From Octopus sinensis (lineage: Eukaryota): a stretch of DNA of 64,000 nt. The notes beneath the pieces were generated by a model, which did no database searches, was not told the origin of the DNA, and saw nothing but the letters and a program-made list of their open reading frames with translations. The stretch is taken from positions 28,892,001 to 28,956,000 of the forward strand of contig NC_043020.1 of NCBI RefSeq assembly GCF_006345805.1, read 5' to 3'. The stretch's first letter is position 1. Every line of letters starts with the position of its first letter. This document shows, in pieces, positions 50,501-60,693 of this stretch. A program made the translations under genes and the position numbers.

Positions 50501-53500
50501 GCTCTTTGCACTTTTGCTGTCGAATAGTATACACTCTTTGGGATCTTCAAGTAGTAAGCGCTCAAGCACAACCTTCAAAACAAAAAAACAGACACCTTGT
50601 GCTTGAGGAGTGTGTGAAATGCAGAGATATTATGCAGCAAGAAGGAGAAATATTGGAGAAAAAGGATGTTTTCAGTCTGAACGGCAGTTTTTTTAAAACA
50701 ATTTCCACATAACTAAACACTTTTAAACTTCGTATATTGGTAGAATCTCTCTCTATATAAACGGCAGTTTGTCTGTGTGTGTTTCTGTGTGTCTGTTTTC
50801 TCGTACCCTCACCCTGACCACGGCTTTCAACCGATTCTGATGAAACTTGACACACACATAGCCCAATGTCATAATTCAAAACTAACGCAGCGAAAATTTT
50901 GAAAAGTTCCCCCAGTTCTGAAAAAAATCGATAAATTCGACATGGGGTCGAGAATCAGAAACACAAACCACAGACTGTCTAGGGGACGCAACTCGACCTT
51001 TTTAACTCTCAAAAAAATTTACCATCATTTTTTCCCCATTTTTTTGCAATTTTTTGGCTATAACTCTCTAAAAATGCTTTATAGTTATTTTCCTTACAAA
51101 CCCGAGCAACGCCGGGCGATACTGCTAGTGTGTTTATAAAACATCTTTTTCTCTTGGCTTTATTGAGAAAATTCTATAGTTTGTAAGATATTTGTTGTTT
51201 TTTTCTCTTCAATTTCTGCAATTTCAATCAATCAATGATGTCTATTAAGGTGAAAACATTCTATGCCGTATGAATATGTCCCTTGTTTAAGAAACAGATT
51301 GGGTTTATTTACATTTCTGAAGAAAAAAGGATACCCTTCCTCCCACCCCTAACCCTAAAAGAGATTGAAATGCAATAGATCGATACTAGGGTCATAATTA
51401 TGGGTGACAATTTCATATGACACCGCTAGAAGAAACTGCTGTTCAAACCGAAAAGATCCGAGAAAAATAAAGGAAAACCGATGGAAAATAGCAATGTTTT
51501 AGTTCAGCTGAAAGTAAAAACTTTGGCTGAGCCAACTAACAATTAACCCTCACAGACCTGGGCCCCTGTATCTAACTTTACCTGGCACCAGAGCTACAAA
51601 GCCAAAAAATAAATAGTCGCACACCAAGTTCAAGAGTAATAACTGCAGGAAAACTAATGGACAGAATCACAAAGAGACATTCAGCAGAATAACAATAATA
51701 GGCCTGTGTGTGGTTGTAGGGGGTAACTGAAAACTAGTAACATTGAGGAGTGGGGGGGATGGATGAGGGATAGTAATGTTCAGATTAAGGAGAAATAATT
51801 GTGCACAGTGAGGGAGGGGGTGCGTGTGTGTGTGTGTGGGGGGGTGACAGGAATGAATAATCTCAGTGTATTGAGGGATTTTTGCATATGTCATTGAAAA
51901 TAAAAATAACCCTCTCTGCTATGGCAACAAGCCCTGAAGTTTTTTGTGGGGGGGACCAGTTGATTACATCGACCCCCCAGTGTTTCACAGGTACTTAATT
52001 TATCGACGCTGAAAAGATGAAAGCCAAAGTCGACCTTGGTGGAATTTGAACTCAGAATGCGAAGACGGACAAAATGCTGCCCAGTGTGCTAACGATTCTG
52101 CCAGCTTGACGCCTTAATGAAAACGAAAAAAAAAAAAAAGAAAAATATTATCAGGAAAAAAAAGAAAAAAAGGGGCCAAACCTCATTAAGACATTCAAGA
52201 TCCAGCCATGTCTGTGAATTGTTAATGTCTTTCAAGTAAACTTTAGGACAAGAGTAAATGTCATCTAAAAAAGAAATAAATGAGAGAAAGAGAGAGAGAG
52301 AGAGAAAGAGTTAGTCCAACATATTAACGAGAAGTGGGAGTCGAAAAACATGGCAGTTCTTGCTTTGATTCCCATCCAGAATCTGTTATCAATTATGCCA
52401 GCATTTATTTTTCAATCTTACAAAATGTCTTTTAGTCTCAAAAAAAAAAAAATCTCAGATTCTTGAATTCTTTGCTCTTTGGATGATTCTGAGAAACAAT
52501 GGGAAAATTTTATAAAGATACGAAATAATAATGATAGTATAGATAGGAGCACTCCGTCGGTTACGACGACGAGGGTCCCAGCTGATACGATCAACGGAAC
52601 AGCTTGCTCGTGGAATTAACGTGCAAGTGACTGAGCAATCCACAGACACGTGTACCCCTAACGTAGTTCTCAGGGAGATTCAGCGTGACACAGAATGTGA
52701 CAAGGCTGGCCCTTTGAAATACAGGTACAACTCATTTTTGCCAGCTGAGTGGACTGGAGCAACGTGAAATAAAGTGTCTTGCTCAAGGACACAACGCATC
52801 GCCGGGAATCGAACTCTCGACCTTACAATCATCAGTCGAATGCCCTAACCACTAAGCCACGCGCCTTCACAATAATGATAGTGATACTTCACACACACAC
52901 ACACATCATGTGACTGACCAAACTTTCAGATGATGTTACACATCGCTGGTCACAGTGTGCTTTACATCATTTCAGCCTTCGAGTGACACCAACCTACTGA
53001 CTTGGCAAGCAGCACAACATTCTGCTCTGACTGAAAGTGGGGCAGGAGCAATGCGAAATGAAGTGTTTTGCACAAGAACACAACATGCTGCCTGGTCTGG
53101 GAATCAAACTCATAACCTAGTGATCGTGGGCACAACACTTTAACCACTAGGCTGTGCACCTGCACATACACATCATCATCATCATCGTTAAACGTCTGTT
53201 TTCCATGCTAGCATGGGTTGGATGGTTTGACCGGGGTCTGGGAAGCCAGGAGGCTACACCACACACCAGGCTCCAGTCTGATCTGGCAGTGTTTCTACGG
53301 CTGGATGCCCTTCCTAACGCCAACCACTCCGTGAGTGTAGTGGGTGCTTTTTACGTACCACTGGCACAGGTGTCAGGGGAGGCTAGCAACGGCCACGAAC
53401 GGTTGGTGCTTTTTATGCGCCACCGGCACGGAAGCCAGTCAAGGCGGCACTGGCATCGGCCACATACGGATGGTGCATTTTAGGTGTCACTGGCACAGGT

Positions 53501-53870
53501 GGTAGGGTAGGGTAGGGGGGTTCACACACACACAGACTAAAAAATTTCAGTTACATTTGATTATTTGCCGTCCCAACACAAAGTTGGGATGACAAAATGA
53601 TTTTTACAGAAAGCTTACTGAGTACAAAACAAAACAAAAAGAAACCATAACAACCAGAGATGAATGCAATTTACCTGGATCCAAAGTAACAAGAAATATT
53701 TCTCCTATAATACAACTGGCTTTAAATCTCTCAGACAAACCGTCATCTGTTTTGGCCGTATCAGCAACTTTGTCTTCATTTGCAGCCAATTTCTTGGTGC
53801 ACTCTTGTGGATGAGAACCCGAAGGAAGAAGGGCTGCAAACGGGTTGCTGGAAATATCTTCGCCACTCAT
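29387..53870 (-). CDS. UBE4A: Ubiquitin conjugation factor E4 A (Ufd2 core + C-terminal U-box), spliced from 17 coding exons c1-c17, 1041 aa
   Basis: Hand-spliced ORF: 196+83+177+151+212+198+118+216+261+257+164+193+114+252+252+158+124 = 3126 nt, all introns GT-AG, phases consistent. Recognisable motifs: ISSNPFAAL (UBE4A-type N-terminus), [63 protein letters not shown]-box [20 protein letters not shown]...[11 protein letters not shown]. Confidence 0.97.
30466..30623 (-). CDS. UBE4A: UBE4A exon c16 (U-box N-terminal half): [52 protein letters not shown]
   Basis: Absent from the ORF track. Acceptor tatttcaag|GAC, donor TGAG|gtaagt, U-box signature. Confidence 0.97.
31409..31660 (-). CDS. UBE4A: UBE4A exon c15: [24 protein letters not shown]...DGRSYS...DQKIK
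   Basis: Acceptor ttttttag|GTT, donor AAA|gtaagt, 84 codons. Confidence 0.97.
32421..32672 (-). CDS. UBE4A: UBE4A exon c14: YMMQIKEKQ...[10 protein letters not shown]...MLNYFLVHL
   Basis: Acceptor gtgcag|TAC, donor CTG|gtaagt, 84 codons. Confidence 0.97.
33973..34086 (-). CDS. UBE4A: UBE4A exon c13: [38 protein letters not shown]
   Basis: Acceptor ttgcag|GAA, donor TCC|gtgagt, canonical Ufd2 motif. Confidence 0.97.
34656..34848 (-). CDS. UBE4A: UBE4A exon c12: LFYEGKIF...[25 protein letters not shown]...REAIK
   Basis: Acceptor tttcccag|G, donor AAG|gtcttc (weak), [12 protein letters not shown] motif. Confidence 0.96.
35309..35472 (-). CDS. UBE4A: UBE4A exon c11: [36 protein letters not shown]...MIGLN
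   Basis: Absent from the ORF track. Acceptor attttcag|GCA, donor CTT|gtaagt, ERM.NPHLRA.LAE motif. Confidence 0.96.
37360..37616 (-). CDS. UBE4A: UBE4A exon c10: [18 protein letters not shown]...HYKPETYQ
   Basis: Acceptor ttttgcag|GT, donor CAG|gtaagt, 257 nt. Confidence 0.95.
38644..38904 (-). CDS. UBE4A: UBE4A exon c9: DLMKLTCLI...[12 protein letters not shown]...KEQLEI
   Basis: Acceptor tttgctcag|AT, donor ATTG|gtaagt, YNF.TECF.LT motif. Confidence 0.95.
39280..39632 (+). mobile_element. Helentron/HINE-like non-autonomous element nested in a piggyBac-type MITE
   Basis: 5' ACCTCCGCCAAGG and 3' hairpin CTGCCTT-AGAG-AAGGCAG followed by AAGTAAT. Confidence 0.5.
40486..40701 (-). CDS. UBE4A: UBE4A exon c8: [10 protein letters not shown]...[19 protein letters not shown]...NIHAK
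   Basis: Acceptor atttcacag|AT, donor AAAG|gtaaga, SD.FFLNL...LKLCQPF motif. Confidence 0.96.
41444..41561 (-). CDS. UBE4A: UBE4A exon c7: [16 protein letters not shown]...[12 protein letters not shown]
   Basis: Acceptor tctcttcag|GCA, donor GAAG|gtaggt, WL.NCLH.N motif. Confidence 0.95.
44094..44291 (-). CDS. UBE4A: UBE4A exon c6: AFLEHSTP...[16 protein letters not shown]...IEANIWK
   Basis: Acceptor ttgcag|GCT, donor AAG|gtaaga, conserved Y.KTLLG.ILS.SC motif. Confidence 0.95.
45599..45810 (-). CDS. UBE4A: UBE4A exon c5: [11 protein letters not shown]...[16 protein letters not shown]
   Basis: Acceptor ctgcacctag|GG, donor CTG|gtcagt, 212 nt. Confidence 0.92.
46343..46812. mobile_element. 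piggyBac-type MITE hosting an RTE insertion
   Basis: TTAA|CCCTTTTGTTAC ... GTAATGAAAGGG|TTAA. Confidence 0.75.
46450..46693 (-). mobile_element. RTE (BovB-like) LINE 3' end, intact frame, short TSD TGTT
   Basis: [41 protein letters not shown]...DRTDWR; (AGAT)n tail; TGTT at 46446-46449 and 46694-46697. Confidence 0.9.
48690..48840 (-). CDS. UBE4A: UBE4A exon c4: [28 protein letters not shown]...NYKTVL
   Basis: Acceptor ttcttgcag|GGG, donor TTAG|gtaagc, 151 nt. Confidence 0.92.
49905..50364. repeat. 67-bp tandem array (alternating 134-bp dimer) forming the 5' part of a SINE A copy
   Basis: GCTTTTTAC anchors at 49967, 50034, 50101, 50168, 50235, 50302. Confidence 0.93.
50396..50572 (-). CDS. 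UBE4A: UBE4A exon c3: [11 protein letters not shown]...[10 protein letters not shown]
   Basis: Acceptor ttttgaag|GTT, donor CGG|gtaagc, 59 codons. Confidence 0.92.
50746..51128 (+). mobile_element. Non-autonomous Helitron; a decayed 3' end of the family lies at about 60693-60722 (-)
   Basis: 5' TC...TCTATATAA, 3' hairpin CCCGAGCAACGCCGGG then CTAG, inserted between A and T. Confidence 0.85.
52182..52264 (-). CDS. UBE4A: UBE4A exon c2: [28 protein letters not shown]
   Basis: Too short for the ORF track. Acceptor tttctttttag|AT, donor GAG|gtttgg. Bridges phase 1 to phase 0 and matches the recalled vertebrate segment ...CVYLEE...WLDM..VEQ. Confidence 0.88.
53675..53870 (-). CDS. UBE4A: UBE4A coding exon c1 (exon starts 53894, ATG at 53870): [15 protein letters not shown]...IFLVTLDP, ends phase 1
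   Basis: Acceptor tatcttcag|AAAC, donor CCAG|gtaaat, SSNPFAAL motif. Confidence 0.93.
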
Positions 53871-54875
53871 CTTATATTTGGCATTATCCAGTTTCTGAAG
53901 ATACAATTAGAAAAATCAAAAACATCAGTAATAAGAGACGACAGTAACGATGATGATGATGAAGATGAGAATGATAAGAGACAGTTCATATGAGATAGAT
54001 GTTGGCCAAAATATAATCAGCCACCAAATGTTTCATAGCATTTCGGTAACCGGCGGCTCCTCAGTCGTTCTGTCCCTGCGTCTGCGGACAATCTGTGGCA
54101 AACAGGATGTCTCTACATGCGGGATTGTTGGGGACCGCTTGTGAAATCTACATATTCCCACGAAACTTCTTCCATGGTTCGAGATGCCTCGAGGATGGTA
54201 GAAGAAGCTGACTCAACCCGCCCAGGGTGAATGTCGCCACAAGTACAAGTAAGTTATTTATTCACGGCAACCAACACTAGATCCTTGAATCTGCCATTTA
54301 CAATCTGGGCCCAAAATTCAGCAAACAAATATGGCTGAATTTGTCATGAACCCCTTCACATTCCTTTACATCAGGGGCTCTCAACACCGCCGGAAGTTGT
54401 TGTTGACAAACAACAGCAGTAATTTCATTCAGCTGAATACACGTCATTGATTGGTTGAAATTACCGAAAAACGACAACTTTAACATGAAATAACTTTGAA
54501 AATACAAACTTTTCTCAACAAAGCTAAGAGTAAAAGATGTTTTATATGACACATTCTATCAGTGTCCAAAGTTTGAAATTGTTTAGTTACAAAAAATTAA
54601 ATTCTCGATCTGCTGTTCAAAGGGTAAAGATCCTAGTAATTAAAGGGGTCCTTAGATAAAAAAAAAAAAGAAAAGAAAATGGTTGAGAACCATCACTCTA
54701 AATATACAGGGATTTACCAGTAAAGGTGTTCGGAGTTCCGGGTCTGATTTGTGCATCTTCACAAACGTTATCCATTTAGGGTTGTTTTATACATTTTAGG
54801 TGTTGGACTTAAGAGTTCCGAATGAATTGTTTTTTGTTGACTGAGTACTGAGGATTCTTGGCTATTCATAACCTT

Positions 54876-54907
<32 letters not shown>

Positions 54908-56612
54908 TTACTACTACTATCACCACCACTGAAAGACAATGGCATCTGTAGAAACATTTTGTATTTTTCGGTGAAGTGTTTGATCTTCAAGTAGCTGACC
55001 TGGGTGAGATGGTGGCGGTGGGGTTAAACAACAACAACTACTACTACTACTACTACTACTACAACAATAGAGAAGCTGAAAGCAGTTCAATGTTACAAAT
55101 ATTGAACAAGCCATGACTGAACATTTCAGTTTTGATTTTGAAACTAGGATGTTAAGCACCGATTCACAAAGGGCCACTCAACAAGCAACGTCTGTTTCTT
55201 TTTTTCACCCCTTCAAAACATCCGTATTCTGAGAGAGTGGGTGGTGGTGGTCTGTGTTGGAAACAATTAGATGAGTTCAAATGGCATAACAAAAGAACAC
55301 AGTTTGAACAGATAGATAGATAGATAGATACACACACACACATATATATATAGAGAGAGATATATATAAATGGATAGATAGATAGATAGATAGACAGACA
55401 GATAAATAGATAGACAGACAAATAGATAGATAGACAGAGAGATAGATAGATAGACAGATAGATAGATAGATAGATAGACAGACAGATAAATAGATAGATA
55501 GAGAGAGAGAGAGAGATGTCGCATTGACTGCGAGTTAATAAATTTACAAGTCACCGTAGTCGCCAGGCCTGCTAGAAATAGCAGTCGAATTGTCGTCAAG
55601 TAACATTACACTGTCTACAAAAATAGGAACGATACAAATAATATGCGGAAGTGTATATGTGAATATATATATATAAAACGAAATGGCCAAGTGTAGAAGG
55701 ACTTTAAACACCCGAAGATCTGCTCCTTCGGAAATAACAGGAAGCTTAGCAAACCCATTAATGTGTCTAGATGGTTTAACCCTCAGAAAAGAGGTCATCG
55801 CAAGAAACGTTGTTCTTATTATTATTACTGCGATGAGCTGGCAAAATATTTAGAGCGTCGGAAGAAATGTTTTGTGGTATTTTTCTTAATTTTTAAATCC
55901 AAATTATTACATTCTGAGTTCAAATTCCGCCAAGGTCGACTTCGTCTTTCATCCCTTTCGTGGGGTAGATTAAAAAAAAAAAAAGGTAGCAGCCGAGGAC
56001 TGGGGTTAATGTAATCGACCTGTCCACCTTTCCTTTCAAAATGTTTGGCCTTGGCCTTGCGCCAACATTTGAAGCAATCTCAGAGATCAGCTTTGCCTCT
56101 CGGAGTTGATAAAATAAGCGACAATCCTTCGATATTGGTCGCATAAATAATTCCGCCGAGGTCCACTTTGCCTTTCATCCTTTCGGGGTCGATTAAATAA
56201 AGTACCAGTTTCGCACTGGGGTCGATGTAATCGACTTAATCCCTTCGTCTGTCCTTGTTTGTCTCCTCTCTGTTTAGCCCCTTGTGGGCAATAAAGACAT
56301 ATATTAGTCGCATAAACATCGAAGGATTGCCAAACAAGTACCAATAGGGCACTGGGGGTCGATGAAGTCGACAAGCCACCTCCTGGCCCCACCTCAAAGT
56401 CTGTGCCTAATTACTATTGCTGTTGTCACCTTTAAAAACAGGAACCAAGTTCTAGTAAAAGACAAACATGGGCAGTCATTTCTAGAATGGGTTTATCTTG
56501 TAATCAACCAACCATCAAAACACAAACAGCCCCGATCAATCCATCCGTGGCTTTCTATATGTAACCAGGAAAAAATGTTTTTAGAAGGAAGGACAAAGAA
56601 TGGCATATTTAC

Positions 56613-56853
56613 CAGGACCAAGAAAATTCCCAAGGAAGATCCGTGGATCTAAACCCGAGCAGTACAGCTGGTATTTTCAGACCCCCGGGGCTGTTCTTGT
56701 CGGGTTTTCGTTGGATCCTCTTTTGCCAAGAAACAGAATTTCCTGCTTTGACTTGGAACAGCAAATATTTAGATAAATAAATTCTGAGGATTTAAGCGTC
56801 CTGTTACGGTCGAATTTGGTTTGGGTAATCGAGGATGTTGGACGGGTTTGGTC
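56613..56853 (-). other. Candidate non-coding 5'UTR exon of UBE4A
   Basis: Long pyrimidine tract then ttttaag|GAC acceptor, donor CCTG|gtaaat, unique CpG-retaining sequence between the promoter and c1. Confidence 0.5.
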
Positions 56854-56990
56854 CTTAAAAATCAAGCGAAAAGGAAAAACGGAAGGGGTAGAAAATAATA
56901 ATAATTTGAAAGAAAAACGAATCTCACCAACAAAAATCTGGGAATTCTCCGACACAATAAATAATCTGAAAAACCACTTGTAGCTCTTAC

Positions 56991-57060
56991 CACTTCCGGT
57001 GGCGTGCGCATGCATCGCAACCGGAAGTCAATTACGTCGCTGTCGCGATTCGCTGCGGCC
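56991..57060 (-). other. Candidate short first exon of UBE4A (5' boundary unknown)
   Basis: Donor GTG|gtaaga at 56990/56991 within the promoter motif cluster. Confidence 0.33.
56992..57039. promoter_or_regulatory. Housekeeping-type core promoter: inverted ETS pair flanking an NRF1-like site, plus a CRE-like element
   Basis: ACTTCCGGT (56992-57000) and ACCGGAAGT (57020-57028) flank GCGTGCGCATGCA; TTACGTC follows; locally CpG-rich in an AT-rich window. Confidence 0.7.
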
Positions 57061-57108
57061 AAGCTGGAGCATCTCCCGAACGGGGTTTCAGAAAAAAAAC
57101 GAATCGAC

Positions 57109-57320
57109 GGTACTAATTAAGAAGGGTACTACTAGCGAACGGTGGTCCCGGTGCGTGCACTCGCGTAGTCGCGCATCCGCGCTAGCTAGTAGTGACTAGT
57201 CGATCCTACAACGACTACCTAACAAAGTAAATAAAACACAAAAACACAAAGTAAGGATCGACTAGTCATGACTAGCTTACGCGAGTGCGCGCACCGGGAC
57301 CACTCTTCTTAAGTAGTACC
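57109..57320. mobile_element. Mutator(MULE)-like MITE, 212 bp, long GC-rich TIRs
   Basis: Termini GGTACTAATTAAGAAG / CTTCTTAAGTAGTACC, perfect 9-bp TSD CGAATCGAC (57100-57108, 57321-57329), inverted arms around an A-rich spacer. Confidence 0.85.
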
Positions 57321-60300
57321 CGAATCGACCTCAGTAAAAATCTGTGGTTAGGCGGAATTCTAGATTAAGCACCCCAAATAATCCCTCATATCTATTTTTT
57401 TAAATTTCAGTTTGGGGAATTTTTCAGAAAATGTCTGCGAACTTGTGTTCTACAGACGGGAATGCATACGATTACGGAAGGAATAAAAATTTTGTGTGTG
57501 TGATTTCGCCGTTGTTTTTTGGCACACCCCACGACCACCTGATATCGTCCTCCTCATTTCTTTGTCATTCTGACATGTATTCATGTTTTTCAATACTTTT
57601 CTCCCCCAAAGCATATTTAATGGAGTGATAGGGCACTCAAGGACGATCCACTGCTGGGATTCAAACAAAGAATTTCGACTGTCCGTATTTTAAATTCTGA
57701 TTTTTAACAAATTATCGGAAAACAAGTGGAAATTTTAGGCTATATATAGGATGGGGGGGGGGGAATAAAAATTTTTTTCATTTTCATAATCCCATGAATT
57801 CCTGTGTATAGAACACAAATTCGCAAAAATTTTCTGAAAATTAAAAGAAAAATGAAGTTATGTCTTTTTTTTCTTCATCTTATACCTGGTATTTATTCTG
57901 TCGTTCTCTTTTTGTTGAATTATAGAATTACTTGGCTGCAAACAAACCAACAATGGTTAGGAAGCGCTGGGGAAGGGGACAAACGCAAGGATGCTCACAC
58001 ACACTCACCTCCACCACACAGACATATATATATTGTACACGACAGGCTTCTTTCAGTTTCCGTCTACCAAATTCATTCACAAACCTTTGATAGTCATGGA
58101 GCCATAGTAGAAGATACTTGCCCAAGTTACCATGCAGTGGGACTGAACCCCTGGACCATGTGATTGGGTGGCAAAATTCTTACCTCACAACCATGCCCGG
58201 GAATTATTATTATTATTTTTTTTTTTTTGTCAAACTGGCAAAACTTGACGTTCAAGCGTAATCAGTTCTTTTACTGAAGAAGCAGAATTTTGGAATTGGT
58301 ATCATTATTTCAAAGGTGGCGAGCTGGCAGAATCATTAGCACGCCAGCCGGAATGCTTAGCAGTATTTCGGCTGCCGTTACGTTCTGAGTTCAAATTCCG
58401 CCGAGGTTGACTTTGCCTTTCACCCTTTCGGGGTCGATAAATTAAGTACCAGTTACGCACTGGGGTTGATGTAATCGACTTAAACCGTTTGTCCCCTCTG
58501 TGTTTAGCCCTTTGTGGGTAGTAAAAAAATAGGTATCATTATTTTATTTGGAAAGGAGGGAGGCGGAAAACTGGGTATTGTTTTCCTTTCAGTTCTTTTT
58601 TGTTCTTACACAGTAATGGACCGTTTATTTTGCTTTTAGAAATCCAGAATACTATGCGATGTTTCTGAAGTGGATTAATTTGCATATGGTGTGTTGAAAA
58701 TAGTTTAATTCTTTTTAAGTGGATTAATAAAGATTAAACATAATTCTGCTTTAGAAGCGCATTAATTTGTACCAGTATATGTTAAATAAAATCTTTACTC
58801 GATTAATTTTCATCCTATCAAACAGACCCTAAGGAGCGTTCTGTCAGTTATGATGACAAGGGTCCCAGCTGATACAATCAACAGAACAACTTGCTTGTGA
58901 GATTAACATGCAAGTGGCTGAGCACTCTACAGACTTACATACCCTTAACCCAGTTCTCAGGGAGATTCAATGAGACACAAGATGTGACAAGGATGCCCCT
59001 TTGAAACACAGGTACTACTCACTTTTGTCAGCTGAGTGGACTGGAGCAACATGAAAATAAAGTATCTTGCTCAAGAACACAATGCGTCGCCAGGAATTGA
59101 TCTCATGACCTTATGATCGTGAACCAAACGCCTTAACCACTAAGCCATGTGCCTTCACAAACAAACCCTACTTTAGAAGTGTATTAATTTGAATCTGATA
59201 TACACAATTTTGCTCTTCATTTTTGATAGTTTATTTCAGATTCTAAGTACAGGAATTACAATTCTGATTTGTTTTTCCTCAAGGTGCTGCACAGTGAGAC
59301 TGAACTCAGACCCATGCAGTTGCAAAAGGAGCTTCTTAACCACACAGCCATGCCTGAATTTTGTTTTACCCTTTAGCATTTGAACAGGCTGTAGCCAACC
59401 GAAATATTCTACCTGTTTTGTGTGAAACTGGCCAAATCTGGCCCCTTACACCTACTCTACAATGCCATTCTACAAATAAACAATCATGTCATGAAAATCT
59501 TGAAGCTGCAAGATGTTCTTTTATTCTTTTACTCGTTTCAGTCATTTGACTGCGTCCATGCTGGAGCACCGCCTTCAGTCGAGCAAATCGATCCCAGGAC
59601 TTATTCTTTGTAAGCCTAGTACTTATTCTGTCAGTCTCTTTTGCCGAACTGCTAAGTTACGGGGACGTAAACACACCAGCATCGGTTGTCAAGCGATGTT
59701 GGGAGGGATAAACACACACACACATACATACATATATACGACGGCCTTCTTTCAGTTTATGTCTACCAAATCCACTCACAAGGCTTTGGTCAGCCCAAGG
59801 CTATAGCAGAAGACACTTGCCCAAGGTGCCACGCAGTGGGACTAAAGCCAGAACCATGTGGTTGGTAAGCAAGCTACTTACCACATAAACACTCCTACAC
59901 CTATGCATGATTAATTAAAAAAAAAATAACGAGAATAAATAAGCATTACATTTGACAATAATTTGAACGCTAAAGGTTTAATATGACACCTGTGCCAATG
60001 TCACATAAAAAACACCTGTGCTGGTGCCATGTAATAACACACCCAGTACATTGTAAAGTGGTTGGCATTAGGAAGGTCATCCAGCCATGGAGGCCATGCC
60101 AAAACAGACAGTTTGAAGTCTGGCGTCACTCTCTGGCTGGTCAGCTCCTGGTAAACTGACCAACCCATGCCAGCAGGGAAAAGATGATGACGTCACATTG
60201 CAACCAACTTGTTCTTGGTCGACCCATTAGGTCTCCTCCTGGTTTCCTCAGCTTCAAGAATCTATCTTACAATTCTTTCCTGTGGAATTCCAATCACATG

Positions 60301-60662
60301 TTTGTAGGATCAGAGCTGTGACATCTCGATGCACCAAAGTGGTGGCTTCACCTGGAGAGACACTCATTGACCTCCAAGCTGTACACCCTGTTAATTAACA
60401 TTACTCCAGGGACCATTTGGAGGGCCCCATTTCAGCCTCTTCTATTTGTGATGGTACTGTTGAGGAACTCCTTCAACCATTCATCAACACCCGTGAAAGA
60501 AAGGAGCCACTTGTGTGTGATTTTGATGTCACATTTGTTGGAAGCATGCAAAATAACCTGGAAACGAAAAAAAAGAACCCCACAAAGTAAAACTCCATTG
60601 CTGGGAAACTCAGAGTTTCCTGGTGACCCAACGGGTAGTATATATATATTTATATATCTATA

Positions 60663-60693
<31 letters not shown>

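Noticed and set aside
50573-50676. Longer c3 using the ttcag acceptor at 50677
   Set aside because: It introduces stops or the wrong frame; the 50572 acceptor joins c2 in phase and restores homology.
53505-53520. G-quadruplex (GGGTAGGGTAGGGGGG)
   Set aside because: Needs a zero-length loop for four G3 tracts and sits at a SINE junction; no further support.
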